Assembly (NCBI GenBank): GCA_913055805.1
Contig: CAJXLF010000001.1
Location: 146,761 to 210,760, forward strand
Direction of reading: 5' to 3'
Origin: an uncultured Salinisphaerales bacterium
GTDB taxonomy: Bacteria; Pseudomonadota; Gammaproteobacteria; Nevskiales; CAJXLF01
Length of the DNA stretch: 64,000 nt
Positions 19,166 to 28,123 of this stretch are shown in pieces (position 1 is the stretch's first letter; every line of letters begins with the position of its first letter). The position numbers and the translations under genes are program-made. The notes under the pieces are model-generated. The model did no database searches. It was not told the DNA's origin and saw only the letters and a program-made list of their open reading frames with translations.

Positions 19166-20143
19166 TTAATTCTTACCTGTTCCCAGCAGCGCATCGACAA
19201 ACTCAACGGCATTGAAGACGCCCAGGTCCTCCAGCTTTTCGCCGACACCCACATAGCGTATCGGCAGACCCATCTTTTTGGCCAGTGCGAATACGATACC
19301 ACCCTTGGCCGTGCCGTCGAGCTTGGTAATGGCCAGACCGGTAAGGCCGACCGCCTCATGAAATTGCTGTGCCTGGGTGAGCGCATTGCCACCAGTGGTG
19401 GCATCCAGCACCAGCATGATTTCATGCGGCGCATACGGGTCGTGACGTTGTACGACGCGCTTGATCTTGCGCAGTTCCTCAATCAGGTGCGCCTGGGTAT
19501 GCAGGCGGCCGGCAGTATCCGCAATAAGAATGTCTACATTGCGGGCTCTGGCGGCTTCCACGGCATCGTAGATAACCGAGGCGCTGTCTGCGCCCTGCTG
19601 CTGGGCAATAACGGGCACGTCGTTGCGTTCGCCCCAGGTCTTGAGTTGTTCGACAGCCGCCGCACGGAAAGTATCACCGGCGGCCAGCATGACTTTCCTG
19701 CCCTCGTTCCGGAAGCGCTGGGTGAGTTTGCCGATAGTCGTGGTTTTGCCCACGCCGTTAACGCCCACCATCAGCAGGACATAAGGGCGGGTATGCTCGG
19801 GAATATCCAGGGGTACGCTGCAGGGCGAGAGTATCCTGATCAGACTGGCGCGCAGGCTCTGTACCAGTTCCTTGCCGTTCTTGATGTGGCCGTGGTGGAT
19901 GGCGCTGCCGAGTTCGTCCATGACTTCAGTGGTGGCCTCCACGCCCACATCGGCCATCAGCAAACGGGTTTCCAGTTCTTCCAGAAGATCATCATCCACC
20001 CCGCGGCCCGGCAGAAAATTGGCCAGATCGTAGGTAAGGAAGGAATCACCGCGATTGATTTGCGAACGCAGGCGGGCAAAGAAACCGGAGCGTTCCCTGG
20101 GATCAATGACGGGGTCTGAACTGGAAGGAGAATTCTGGGTCAT
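19166..20143 (-). CDS. ftsY: signal recognition particle receptor FtsY
   Basis: SRP GTPase NG domain ([29 protein letters not shown]). Confidence 0.9.
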   Translation of the reverse strand: MTQNSPSSSDPVIDPRERSGFFARLRSQINRGDSFLTYDLANFLPGRGVDDDLLEELETRLLMADVGVEATTEVMDELGSAIHHGHIKNGKELVQSLRASLIRILSPCSVPLDIPEHTRPYVLLMVGVNGVGKTTTIGKLTQRFRNEGRKVMLAAGDTFRAAAVEQLKTWGERNDVPVIAQQQGADSASVIYDAVEAARARNVDILIADTAGRLHTQAHLIEELRKIKRVVQRHDPYAPHEIMLVLDATTGGNALTQAQQFHEAVGLTGLAITKLDGTAKGGIVFALAKKMGLPIRYVGVGEKLEDLGVFNAVEFVDALLGTGKN

Positions 20144-20256
20144 GGCAATGCTGTACTTGGCCGCTCATCCTATCAGAAAGGCGTTTGCGGCATCCTGCGA
20201 CTGGCGCTCAATAAAGTTTGCAGAACGCGGATTTTATGCGTCCCTGCAGGGCGGCG

Positions 20257-22269
20257 CTATTCCGTATTCAGACGGGTATGCAACAGCAGCACACTGCCGT
20301 CCCATTCGGCTTGCTGCGAGAAAGACGAAGCTTCAGGGTGGGGACGTATACGTCCAGCCGAAATCTGCTCGCGCAGCAAGTTACGGCCGGCATTGAAGTC
20401 TCCCACCATGCGGGGAATGCGCAGATAGCGCCAGGTGGGCCGGGCGTGATAACGCGCGACGCTGCCAATCCAGATCGGATGTCCGTCTGCTTGCCAGTGT
20501 GTGCGCCACAAGCGCAGTACCCATTCCTGTTGCTGGTCGATGGGCAGGGCCAACGCTATCTGGTGGTCGCGCCCATCATGATACTGCGGCAGCAGGGCAA
20601 GTTGGTCGACGGAAGCCGAAGGACTGAGCCAGAGCAGGCTGCGGTACAGAACATCGCCCTGCTGGGGAACCCAGTTCAGCGTCTTGAGTTGCGCGATGAT
20701 GGCATCCGGCGGTCCGGACCACTGCAGGTTCAGTGGATAGCGCAGGTGCGCAAGCAGGTCGGTGCGGTAGGCGGGCAGGGCCGCATAGTCTTCATGCTGC
20801 CAGCTGCGGATGTCGGTCTGTTCTACCTCGGGTTGTGGCCGATACTGCGCACGCTGGTCATCAATGCCGTATTGCCATTGCCAGCCGGCAGCGATAATGC
20901 CGATCACGACAGCAATCGGCATGAGGCTGATGGAGGCCACACGCTGCACGCTGTGGCGCCGGTAACCCAGGGCCAGCAGGCTGACCCAGATGGTGCCGAT
21001 GGACAGGCTGATAATAACGTCGCTTAACCACTGCGCGCCCAGATAAAGCTGGGACAGGGCGATGAGTACGACGGTGGTGACGGCCACACCGTAATAGCGC
21101 CAGCGGCGCGATTCGGCCTTGCCGGAGGCCAGCAGTACCGCCAGAAAACCGTAGATCACCAGGCTCAGGATCAAATGGCTGCTGTCCGACTGCTGGTCAG
21201 CCAGCCCCAGGTAGAACTGAGTGGGTTCCGGACGCGAGACCAGCAGATCCAGGCTGAACGCCAGAACTGCGCCAAAAGCCAGGGCAGCGCCCCAATGAGC
21301 GGCCGCCAGATAGCGGCGGGTTACCAGCAGGCTGGCAAATACCACCACCGAAACGGGCAGATAGACATGCCAGCGCCCCACCGCCGCAACCGCCAGAGCG
21401 ATGGTATCGGCAATGGAGTTTTGCAAGCTGTAAAACAACTGATAAACGAAGGCATCCAGCGCTGCGGGTTGCGCACCGTTCCAGAGCAGGCTGTACACCA
21501 GCCAGGCGATACCCAGCAGAATAAACGCCAGCACCGCCAGGCCCGGCGTTTCCGGTTGTGCGGGGTCGGTCAGGTTGGGGCCGAACATGCCCAGACGGCG
21601 GTGCGCCTGGCTCCAAGACAACAGACGCAGGGTCATTTCTTCGGCGTGATGCGAGATGAACAGGAAGATGCGCCGGGACAGCCACACGAAAATCCACACA
21701 GCTACGGCCGCCACGACCAGCATGACCAGCAGGCGGGTGCCGATTTCAGCGGCCAGATTCAGTGAGGCGCCAAAAATTACGCCGGGGACCAGGTAGGTAA
21801 GCAGCCAGGGCAGCATGGCGATACCGTCCATGACGCTGAACATCAGAGGCCGCATACCGGCGGCCCCGGCCACCGTGGGGACCAGCGGCCGTACGGCGCC
21901 GATGAAGCGCCCCAGCACGACACCTTTGCCACCATGCTGCCGGAAAAATTCTTCGCCGCGCGTCAGCAGGCCGGGATAGCGGCTGATGGGCCAGATTTTC
22001 CGGAGATCACCGCGCAGGCGGTAACCGAGAAAGAAGCTCAGGTGGTCGCCGATGAAGGCGCCGGCAAAGGCCCAGGCCAGGGTGGTCCAGAGGTCCATGG
22101 CCCCGGCCGCCACCAGCGCGCCGAATCCGAACAGCAGGATGGCGCCGGGCACCAGCAGGCCAATCACAAACAGGGCTTCCAGGAACCCGGTGAGGAAAAC
22201 GATCACCATGGCCCAGGTGGGGTGATTGCCTATCCAGGCGAGCAGATCCTGTATCCAGGTGGCTTCCAT
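20257..22269 (-). CDS. DedA-family / PAP2-like / LssY-C-like fusion membrane protein (670 aa)
   Basis: N-terminal DedA (SNARE-associated) region (GLLVPG...GRFIGAVRPLVP). A central multi-TM region has PAP2-like motif remnants. The extended C-terminal soluble domain resembles LssY_C fusions. Confidence 0.65.
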   Translation of the reverse strand: MEATWIQDLLAWIGNHPTWAMVIVFLTGFLEALFVIGLLVPGAILLFGFGALVAAGAMDLWTTLAWAFAGAFIGDHLSFFLGYRLRGDLRKIWPISRYPGLLTRGEEFFRQHGGKGVVLGRFIGAVRPLVPTVAGAAGMRPLMFSVMDGIAMLPWLLTYLVPGVIFGASLNLAAEIGTRLLVMLVVAAVAVWIFVWLSRRIFLFISHHAEEMTLRLLSWSQAHRRLGMFGPNLTDPAQPETPGLAVLAFILLGIAWLVYSLLWNGAQPAALDAFVYQLFYSLQNSIADTIALAVAAVGRWHVYLPVSVVVFASLLVTRRYLAAAHWGAALAFGAVLAFSLDLLVSRPEPTQFYLGLADQQSDSSHLILSLVIYGFLAVLLASGKAESRRWRYYGVAVTTVVLIALSQLYLGAQWLSDVIISLSIGTIWVSLLALGYRRHSVQRVASISLMPIAVVIGIIAAGWQWQYGIDDQRAQYRPQPEVEQTDIRSWQHEDYAALPAYRTDLLAHLRYPLNLQWSGPPDAIIAQLKTLNWVPQQGDVLYRSLLWLSPSASVDQLALLPQYHDGRDHQIALALPIDQQQEWVLRLWRTHWQADGHPIWIGSVARYHARPTWRYLRIPRMVGDFNAGRNLLREQISAGRIRPHPEASSFSQQAEWDGSVLLLHTRLNTE

Positions 22270-22284
22270 CAGGTTTTCCCGCCC

Positions 22285-23559
22285 TTATTCTGCGAGTGCA
22301 AAGCTTTCGGCCGCGGCCTGCAGGGTGAGGTCGATGTCTTCGTCGCTATGCGCCGCCGACATGAAGCCCGCCTCAAAGGCCGACGGGGCCAGGTTGACCC
22401 CGCGTGTCAGCATGGCATGGAAGAAGCGGTTGAAGGCCGCGCTGTCACAGGCCATGACCTGGGCAAAACTGCTGATGCTGGCATCTTCAGTGAAAAACAG
22501 GCCGAACATGGCGCCCACATACTGCAGGACAACCGGCGTTCCGGCATCCGCCGCGGCCTGCGTCAGGCCACGGCATAATTTTTCAGTCTTGCTCTCAAGA
22601 GATTCGTAAAACCCGGGTGCGGCAATCGCATCCAGGGTGGCGAGTCCGGCCGCCATGGCCAGGGGATTGCCGGACAAGGTGCCGGCCTGATAGACCGGTC
22701 CGACCGGCGCCAGCTGCTGCATGATGTCGCGGCGGCCTCCAAAAGCGCCCACCGGCATGCCGCCACCCACCACCTTGCCGAGGGTGGTCAGGTCGGGGGT
22801 GATGCCATAGCGGGCCTGGGCACCACCCAACGCGACCCGGAAGCCGGTCATGACTTCATCGAAAATCAACAGGCTGCCGTGCTTGCTGCATTCCTCACGC
22901 AGGGTTTCCAGAAACCCGGGGACGGGGGGTATACAGTTCATGTTACCGGCTACCGGTTCAACGATAACGCAGGCGATTTTTTCGCCGTGTTTGGCGAAAG
23001 CGCGCCGCACCGATTCCGCATCGTTGTAATTCAGGGTCAGAGTATGTCGCACAGTATCGGCGGGTACGCCGGGTGAGGTCGGCACACCCAGGGTCAGGGC
23101 GCCAGAGCCGGCCTTCACCAGCAAGGCGTCGGCATGTCCGTGGTAGCAGCCCTCGAATTTCACCAGCAGGTCGCGGCCAGTGAAGCCACGGGCCAGGCGT
23201 ATCGCGCTCATCGTGGCCTCGGTACCGGAATTCACCATGCGCAGCTGTTCAATCGAAGGCACAAGCTGACAGATACGTTCGGCCATGCGCACTTCCAGTT
23301 CGGTCGGTGCGCCGAAGGACAGGCCCTTGTCCGCCTGTTTTTTAACGGCATCAATTACATCGGGGTGGGCGTGCCCCAGGATCATGGGGCCCCAGGAGCC
23401 GACATAATCAATGTAGCGCTTGCCTTCAGTGTCATACAGATAGGCGCCGCGGGCGTGATCAATGAAAGGTGGCGTGCCGCCAACACTTTTGAATGCCCTT
23501 ACCGGTGAATTTACGCCACCCGGAATGTATTGCTGTGCTTGTTCGAAGAGTTCGGTCAT
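22285..23559 (-). CDS. hemL: glutamate-1-semialdehyde 2,1-aminomutase
   Basis: [13 protein letters not shown]-terminus and class-III aminotransferase core, 424 aa. Confidence 0.95.
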   Translation of the reverse strand: MTELFEQAQQYIPGGVNSPVRAFKSVGGTPPFIDHARGAYLYDTEGKRYIDYVGSWGPMILGHAHPDVIDAVKKQADKGLSFGAPTELEVRMAERICQLVPSIEQLRMVNSGTEATMSAIRLARGFTGRDLLVKFEGCYHGHADALLVKAGSGALTLGVPTSPGVPADTVRHTLTLNYNDAESVRRAFAKHGEKIACVIVEPVAGNMNCIPPVPGFLETLREECSKHGSLLIFDEVMTGFRVALGGAQARYGITPDLTTLGKVVGGGMPVGAFGGRRDIMQQLAPVGPVYQAGTLSGNPLAMAAGLATLDAIAAPGFYESLESKTEKLCRGLTQAAADAGTPVVLQYVGAMFGLFFTEDASISSFAQVMACDSAAFNRFFHAMLTRGVNLAPSAFEAGFMSAAHSDEDIDLTLQAAAESFALAE

Positions 23560-23602
23560 GCGCGCAATATCCTTTGCTCCTGCGAATTCGTCAATGTCAT
23601 GT

Positions 23603-24232
23603 TCAGCTAAAAAAGCTGCTCAGCCTGCGGGCGGCGGACTTTATATCGGGTGCGCCAAAGACAGCGCCTACCACGGCCAGCATGTCTGCACCGGCCGCCA
23701 GCACCTCGGTGGCGTTGGTCGCGTTGATACCGCCAATGGCAACAATGGGTATGGGCAGTTTGTTCCGTGCCTGCTGCAGGATATCGAGAGGAGCGGGTGG
23801 CGCGTCCGGTTTGGTCGCCGAAGGGAAGAAGCGCCCGAAGGCCGCGTAATCTGCGTGCGTGGTATAGGGGGCATCAGGGTCCGCATGACAGGTCACGCCA
23901 ATGATGGCTTCAGGACCCAGGCGGCGGCGGGCCTCGGCAGGCGAACTGTCGCTGAGCCCCAGATGCACGCCAGCCGCGCCGACGGCGGCGGCCAGATCGA
24001 TATCGTCATTAATAATGAGCGGCACGCTGGCGGCATTGCAAAGCGCATTCAGCGCCGCGGCTTCATCCTGGCGCCGGTTATGCTCCTGGCTCTTGTCACG
24101 GTACTGAATCATGCATGCGCCCCCCTCGAGGGCTGCGCTTACAGCGGGCAGCAGGCGCTCGCCCCCGATCAGTCCGGGTTCGGTAATGACATACAGGCCC
24201 CGACGAGGGCAGCGCAAACGGCTTGTATTCAT
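23603..24232 (-). CDS. thiE: thiamine-phosphate synthase
   Basis: ThiE family sequence (QYRDK, IGVTCH, GGI); overlaps thiD by 4 nt. Confidence 0.9.
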   Translation of the reverse strand: MNTSRLRCPRRGLYVITEPGLIGGERLLPAVSAALEGGACMIQYRDKSQEHNRRQDEAAALNALCNAASVPLIINDDIDLAAAVGAAGVHLGLSDSSPAEARRRLGPEAIIGVTCHADPDAPYTTHADYAAFGRFFPSATKPDAPPAPLDILQQARNKLPIPIVAIGGINATNATEVLAAGADMLAVVGAVFGAPDIKSAARRLSSFFS

Positions 24233-25023
24233 GTAACAGGCAGGATGCGACGGGGCAGGCGCGGGCCGTCATCGGCCCCCACAGCCTGCTGCAGGGTCTG
24301 CTGGGTATAGTGCTGGGCCACTTCACAGGCGCGGGCCATGGGTTCTCCGTGCGCCAGGAAAGTGGCCAGCGCCGAGGCCAGGGTGCACCCGGAGCCATGG
24401 CAGTTGTAGGGCAGGCGTGTCCATTGCCATAGCTGGCGGCCTGTTTTGCCGTACAGACGGTTGGTGACCTGCGCCTCGTTTGCATCACCCCCCGTCACCA
24501 GTACGTGGTTGGCGCCCGCTGCCAGCAGTTTTTCCGCTGCGGCCTCGATATCGTCCAGGCCGGTTAGGGCGCGTAGCTCGCTCTGGTTGGGCGTGACCAC
24601 AGTGGCCAGGGGAAGCAGCTGTTTCATCAGTGCTTCCGCGCTGCGGTGATTGCTCAGATTCGCTCCCCCCGTAGCTCGCAGTACCGGGTCGAGCACTACC
24701 GGCAGGCCGGGTGGCAGGGTATTCAGCCAGCTGCCCAGAATATCAATGATTTCTTCGCTGGCGAGCAGGCCGAACTTGATGCCTGCCGGAGACATATTGT
24801 CTTGTTGCAGACAGTCCAGCATGGCCTGAAAGAATGCAGGATCGACAGGTTGAATTCCCATGGCATTGTGACGATTTTGCGCCGTCAGGCAGGTGGGCAG
24901 TGTCTGCGCCTGTCCGCCGCAGGCGGCAACGGCTTCAATATCGGCCTGTAAACCCGCGCCTCCACTTGGGTCGTGACCTCCAATGCAAAGAACAGTGGGC
25001 GGTAGCAGTACTTCCCTGGCCAT
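24229..25023 (-). CDS. thiD: hydroxymethylpyrimidine/phosphomethylpyrimidine kinase
   Basis: GGHDPSGGAGLQADI N-terminal motif and ribokinase-like fold. Confidence 0.9.
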   Translation of the reverse strand: MAREVLLPPTVLCIGGHDPSGGAGLQADIEAVAACGGQAQTLPTCLTAQNRHNAMGIQPVDPAFFQAMLDCLQQDNMSPAGIKFGLLASEEIIDILGSWLNTLPPGLPVVLDPVLRATGGANLSNHRSAEALMKQLLPLATVVTPNQSELRALTGLDDIEAAAEKLLAAGANHVLVTGGDANEAQVTNRLYGKTGRQLWQWTRLPYNCHGSGCTLASALATFLAHGEPMARACEVAQHYTQQTLQQAVGADDGPRLPRRILPVT

Positions 25024-25151
25024 TCAAAAAGGCCCGATTTCAGGCGTCATAGAGCGGTTTTTGCCCCCGGTGCACGAAAACGGGAGTATACCAGCCGGCA
25101 CCATGGCGGCCGATGTTGCGCTGCAGGATTGCAACACGCCCGTTTTTGCTG

Positions 25152-25352
25152 TTATGCACAAGAAAAAATTTTGTGCACTGCATCGAAGCCGGGTTGTGGA
25201 TAGTCTGTGTTTCCATACGCCTATGTTTGTTATAACTTATTGAAATTAATAAATAATTACAAAGTGGTTACAAATTGTTCGCAGCGCATAAAATGCAGTT
25301 CTGACAGGGATTTCCGGCGCTGACTCAACTATTGTCCACATAGTTATCCACA
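25152..25352. promoter_or_regulatory. DnaA-box cluster flanking an AT-rich stretch
   Basis: Perfect TTATCCACA at 25344-25352. One-mismatch boxes: TTGTCCACA 25332-25340, TGTGGATAG 25195-25203 (opposite orientation) and TTATGCACA 25152-25160. Segment 25221-25280 has 12 G/C in 60 nt. Confidence 0.35.
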
Positions 25353-25407
25353 GCTTCTGTGAATATCTATTTTTTTTGTTTGTGGAATACACACTTAGCG
25401 CAAATAG

Positions 25408-26193
25408 CTAAGAAAATGCCTCTTTTATCAGGCCGCAGGAGCGCGCTTGCGGAACGCGTTCGATACGGGTCTCGAATGCGCCGTTCGGGCGCAGAATCAG
25501 CCATCGATATCCCGGGGGTTGCGCATCTTCCGCAAATTCCGTTGAGCCGGGGAGAAATTGCCGGCAGGTGGAAGGGGTGGCAAGCAGTTGCAGGTGGCCC
25601 AGCCGGCGATCCCATTGCTGATGGATGTGGCCGCAGACTACAGCCCTGACCTGCTCGGACTTCATCAGCAGCTCCATGAGTTGCGGGCCGTTTTCAAGAC
25701 CAATGACATCCAGCCAGGCGCTGTGGACTTGCCATGCCGGGTGGTGAAGGGCCACAAGGCAGGGTGTCTGGCAGTCCTCCAGTAACTGCGTGAGACGGGC
25801 CAGTTCGCTTTCCTGCAGGCGTCCGCCAATGCGGCCGGGCAGATGGCTGTTGAGCAGGATGACTCGCCAGCCGGGTATATCAACATGACTCAGATAGCAT
25901 GCCGGGGCGAGGTGTTGCTGAAAGGCAGCAGGATGATCATGGTTGCCGGGCAGGGCCCATACCGGTGCCTCAAGAGTGGCTATGATGTCCCGGAGTCTGC
26001 GATAGGTCCGGGGTTTTTCATCATGGGCCAGGTCGCCCGTCAGTAACACGGCATCGGGTTGCGGACCCTGCGCGCGAATATGCTCAACCACTGCCAGCAA
26101 CGACCGGTTGGTGCGCCAGCCACGGTAGACTGTGTCGGGATCCGCCCACAGGTGAGTATCAGTGATGTGTACGATGCGGAAAGCTTCAGTCAT
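25408..26193 (-). CDS. cpdA: 3',5'-cyclic-nucleotide phosphodiesterase (CpdA-like metallophosphoesterase)
   Basis: HITDTHL, TGDLAHD and LPGNHD metallophosphoesterase motifs arranged as in CpdA. ATG 26193 preferred over the TTG at 26223. Confidence 0.7.
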   Translation of the reverse strand: MTEAFRIVHITDTHLWADPDTVYRGWRTNRSLLAVVEHIRAQGPQPDAVLLTGDLAHDEKPRTYRRLRDIIATLEAPVWALPGNHDHPAAFQQHLAPACYLSHVDIPGWRVILLNSHLPGRIGGRLQESELARLTQLLEDCQTPCLVALHHPAWQVHSAWLDVIGLENGPQLMELLMKSEQVRAVVCGHIHQQWDRRLGHLQLLATPSTCRQFLPGSTEFAEDAQPPGYRWLILRPNGAFETRIERVPQARSCGLIKEAFS

Positions 26194-26216
26194 GTAATCG
26201 TATTGGGAAGATGAAT

Positions 26217-26879
26217 ATGTCAACCAAGAGTTTTTTCCTGGAACAGTCGCTTTACGATTATCTCTGCAAGCAGAGTTTGCGTGAACCCGATGTGCTGCGC
26301 CGCTTGCGCGAGGAAACGGCGCAAAGCAGCATGGCGCGCATGCAGATTGCTCCCGAGCAGGGGCAGTTCATGCAATGGCTGATTCGACTGATGGGGGCAC
26401 GCCGTGGTATCGAAGTGGGTGTATTCACCGGTTATAGCAGCCTGTGTGCCGCGCTGGCCATGCCTGAGGACGGCTACCTGCTGGCCTGTGATGTTTCCGA
26501 GGCCTGGACTGATGTGGCAAGGCGATATTGGGTGCAGGCTGGCGTGGCCGAGAAGATCGAGCTGCGTCTGGCGCCGGCCACCCGCACGCTGGATACCGAA
26601 CTGGGTACGGGTCTGGCCGGCAGTTATGACTACGCCTTCATTGATGCCGACAAAACCAATTACATCGCCTATTACGAGCGCTGTCTTGAATTACTCAGGC
26701 CCGGTGGCGTCATCCTGGTAGACAATGTCCTGTGGTCCGGTGCGGTGGCAGATGCGGCGAATCAGGAAGAAGACACCGTGGCCTTGCGTGCCTTCAATGA
26801 ATATCTGCACGGCGATGAACGCATAGACCTGAGCATGCTGCCGCTGGCGGACGGGCTCAGTCTCTGTCGTAAACGGTAG
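26217..26879 (+). CDS. class I SAM-dependent O-methyltransferase (caffeoyl-CoA OMT family 3)
   Basis: IEVGVFTGYSSL SAM-binding motif and DFAFIDADKTNY. ATG 26217 is 6 nt after GGGAAG; ATG 26211 is also possible. Confidence 0.8.
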   Translation: MSTKSFFLEQSLYDYLCKQSLREPDVLRRLREETAQSSMARMQIAPEQGQFMQWLIRLMGARRGIEVGVFTGYSSLCAALAMPEDGYLLACDVSEAWTDVARRYWVQAGVAEKIELRLAPATRTLDTELGTGLAGSYDYAFIDADKTNYIAYYERCLELLRPGGVILVDNVLWSGAVADAANQEEDTVALRAFNEYLHGDERIDLSMLPLADGLSLCRKR

Positions 26880-26890
26880 CTGCGGACGGA

Positions 26891-27328
26891 CTACAGCAGC
26901 TTTCGCAGGCGTCGGGCGTCTGCTTCGAATTGTGCCATGTCCGGTTTATGCAAAAAGCGGGTGGCGATACGCCCCATAAAGCGCAGATTGTCACGGCCGG
27001 TACGGGGAATCAGGTGCAGATGTACGTGCGGCACATGTTGCCAGGCAGCCTTGCCGTCGTTGATCAGCCAGTTGATATCCGTGCCTTCAGGATAGAGTTC
27101 GCGCATGGCGCGGGCGATGCGATTACCGGTTTCCATCAGCTGGCCACGCGTGGATTCGTCCAGTTGTGTCACCAGTGGATGGTGATCACGTGGAATTACC
27201 AGAACATGGCCCGGGCGCAGCGGGAAGATATCCATGAAGGCCACGACCGGCCCCTTCTCAATCACCCAGGCGGCAGGTGCCTTGCCGGCCAGTATCTGGC
27301 AGAAAATGCAGTTATTGTTTTGATCCAC
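26891..27328 (-). CDS. HIT family protein
   Basis: CIFCQI N-terminus and histidine triad HVHLHLIPR. The only available start is GTG 27326-27328, which lies inside the CACAGAT repeat arm. Confidence 0.8.
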   Translation of the reverse strand: MDQNNNCIFCQILAGKAPAAWVIEKGPVVAFMDIFPLRPGHVLVIPRDHHPLVTQLDESTRGQLMETGNRIARAMRELYPEGTDINWLINDGKAAWQHVPHVHLHLIPRTGRDNLRFMGRIATRFLHKPDMAQFEADARRLRKLL

Positions 27329-27350
27329 AGATTTCCCGGATTAAACAGAT
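27323..27350. repeat. solo, degenerate copy of the 28-bp CACAGATTW-triplet arm
   Basis: ATCCACAGATTTCCCGGATTAAACAGAT: 25/28 match to the arm at 28987-29014. No inverted partner found nearby. Confidence 0.6.
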
Positions 27351-27400
27351 GGAGAAGCTGAGATCATAACAGCAGAACAATCGTTGCCCATGCTGAAGAT

Positions 27401-27862
27401 CTAGAAAATACCCGCTTCCAGACCCGCGGCCAGTGTGAGGCCCAGTTCCCGGCAGGCCTGCAAATGTTCATCGGTCACTTCACCCTTGGCAATGAGGGCT
27501 TCATGAACTTCCACGAAGGGGTAGCCATTGGCAATGCGCTGAATGGCGTTGACCGCACCGCTGCCGTCGTTTTCGGCACTGATGAAGATGGCATAGGGCA
27601 GGGCCTGTAATTCACCCTCGACTTCATAATAAGTACGGTCGAGGAAGTCCTTCATCATGCCGCTCATATAACCGAAGTTTTCCGGCGTTCCCAGCAGCAG
27701 GCCATCGGCCCAGCGCAGGTCGTCGGGGCCTGCTTCGGGCGCTTGCAGATAGCGTACTTCAACTTCCGTCACTTCCTTGTCCTGCGCACCTTTCAGCACA
27801 GCTTCGGCAAGCTTTTGCGTGTTGCCTGTCTTGGAGTGGTAGACGATCAGCAGGTGTTTCAT
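27401..27862 (-). CDS. flavodoxin-like fold family protein
   Basis: MKHLLIVYHSKTGNTQKLAE is a flavodoxin/WrbA-type FMN-binding N-terminus; 153 aa. Confidence 0.7.
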   Translation of the reverse strand: MKHLLIVYHSKTGNTQKLAEAVLKGAQDKEVTEVEVRYLQAPEAGPDDLRWADGLLLGTPENFGYMSGMMKDFLDRTYYEVEGELQALPYAIFISAENDGSGAVNAIQRIANGYPFVEVHEALIAKGEVTDEHLQACRELGLTLAAGLEAGIF

Positions 27863-27966
27863 GGGCGTTAGCTTAACAGGCGAGATCTTAATGCCGGTCC
27901 CTGTGCCAGGTTGAGTGCTAGCTGCGGCACTCAGATGTTGTATAAGAATGCCCTGAAGATGCTGGG

Positions 27967-28059
27967 CGAGTCAGTTCAGGGGGCGTTCGGCGTTGGAAGA
28001 CCGAGGTTGTTCCAAAGGGCAGCAGTCGCTTCCGCCTTGTTCAGAGTGTAGATGTGTAG
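27967..28059 (-). pseudogene. orphan duplicate of the last 29 codons plus stop of metF
   Basis: 89/93 nt identical to 28115-28207. Translates to the same LHIYTLNKAEATAALWNNLGLPTPNAP-stop. No start codon or upstream metF sequence. Confidence 0.8.
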
Positions 28060-28123
28060 GCTGAAACTGCGAGTCCATACCGAGGGGCCCCGCTTGCGGG
28101 GATCGGTATTGAGACGAGTCAGT

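Noticed and set aside
25024-25200. Possible TPP riboswitch in the thiD leader
   Set aside because: I read the minus-strand leader and found none of the conserved THI-box elements (CUGAGA, ACCUGAUCUGGAUAAUGCCAGCG-like core). This should still be confirmed with a covariance-model scan.
25152-25389. Calling this region the chromosomal origin (oriC) outright
   Set aside because: There is only one perfect and three near-perfect DnaA boxes, no flanking dnaA/dnaN/gidA/rpmH, and no GATC clustering. It is kept as a finding about DnaA binding, not annotated as oriC.
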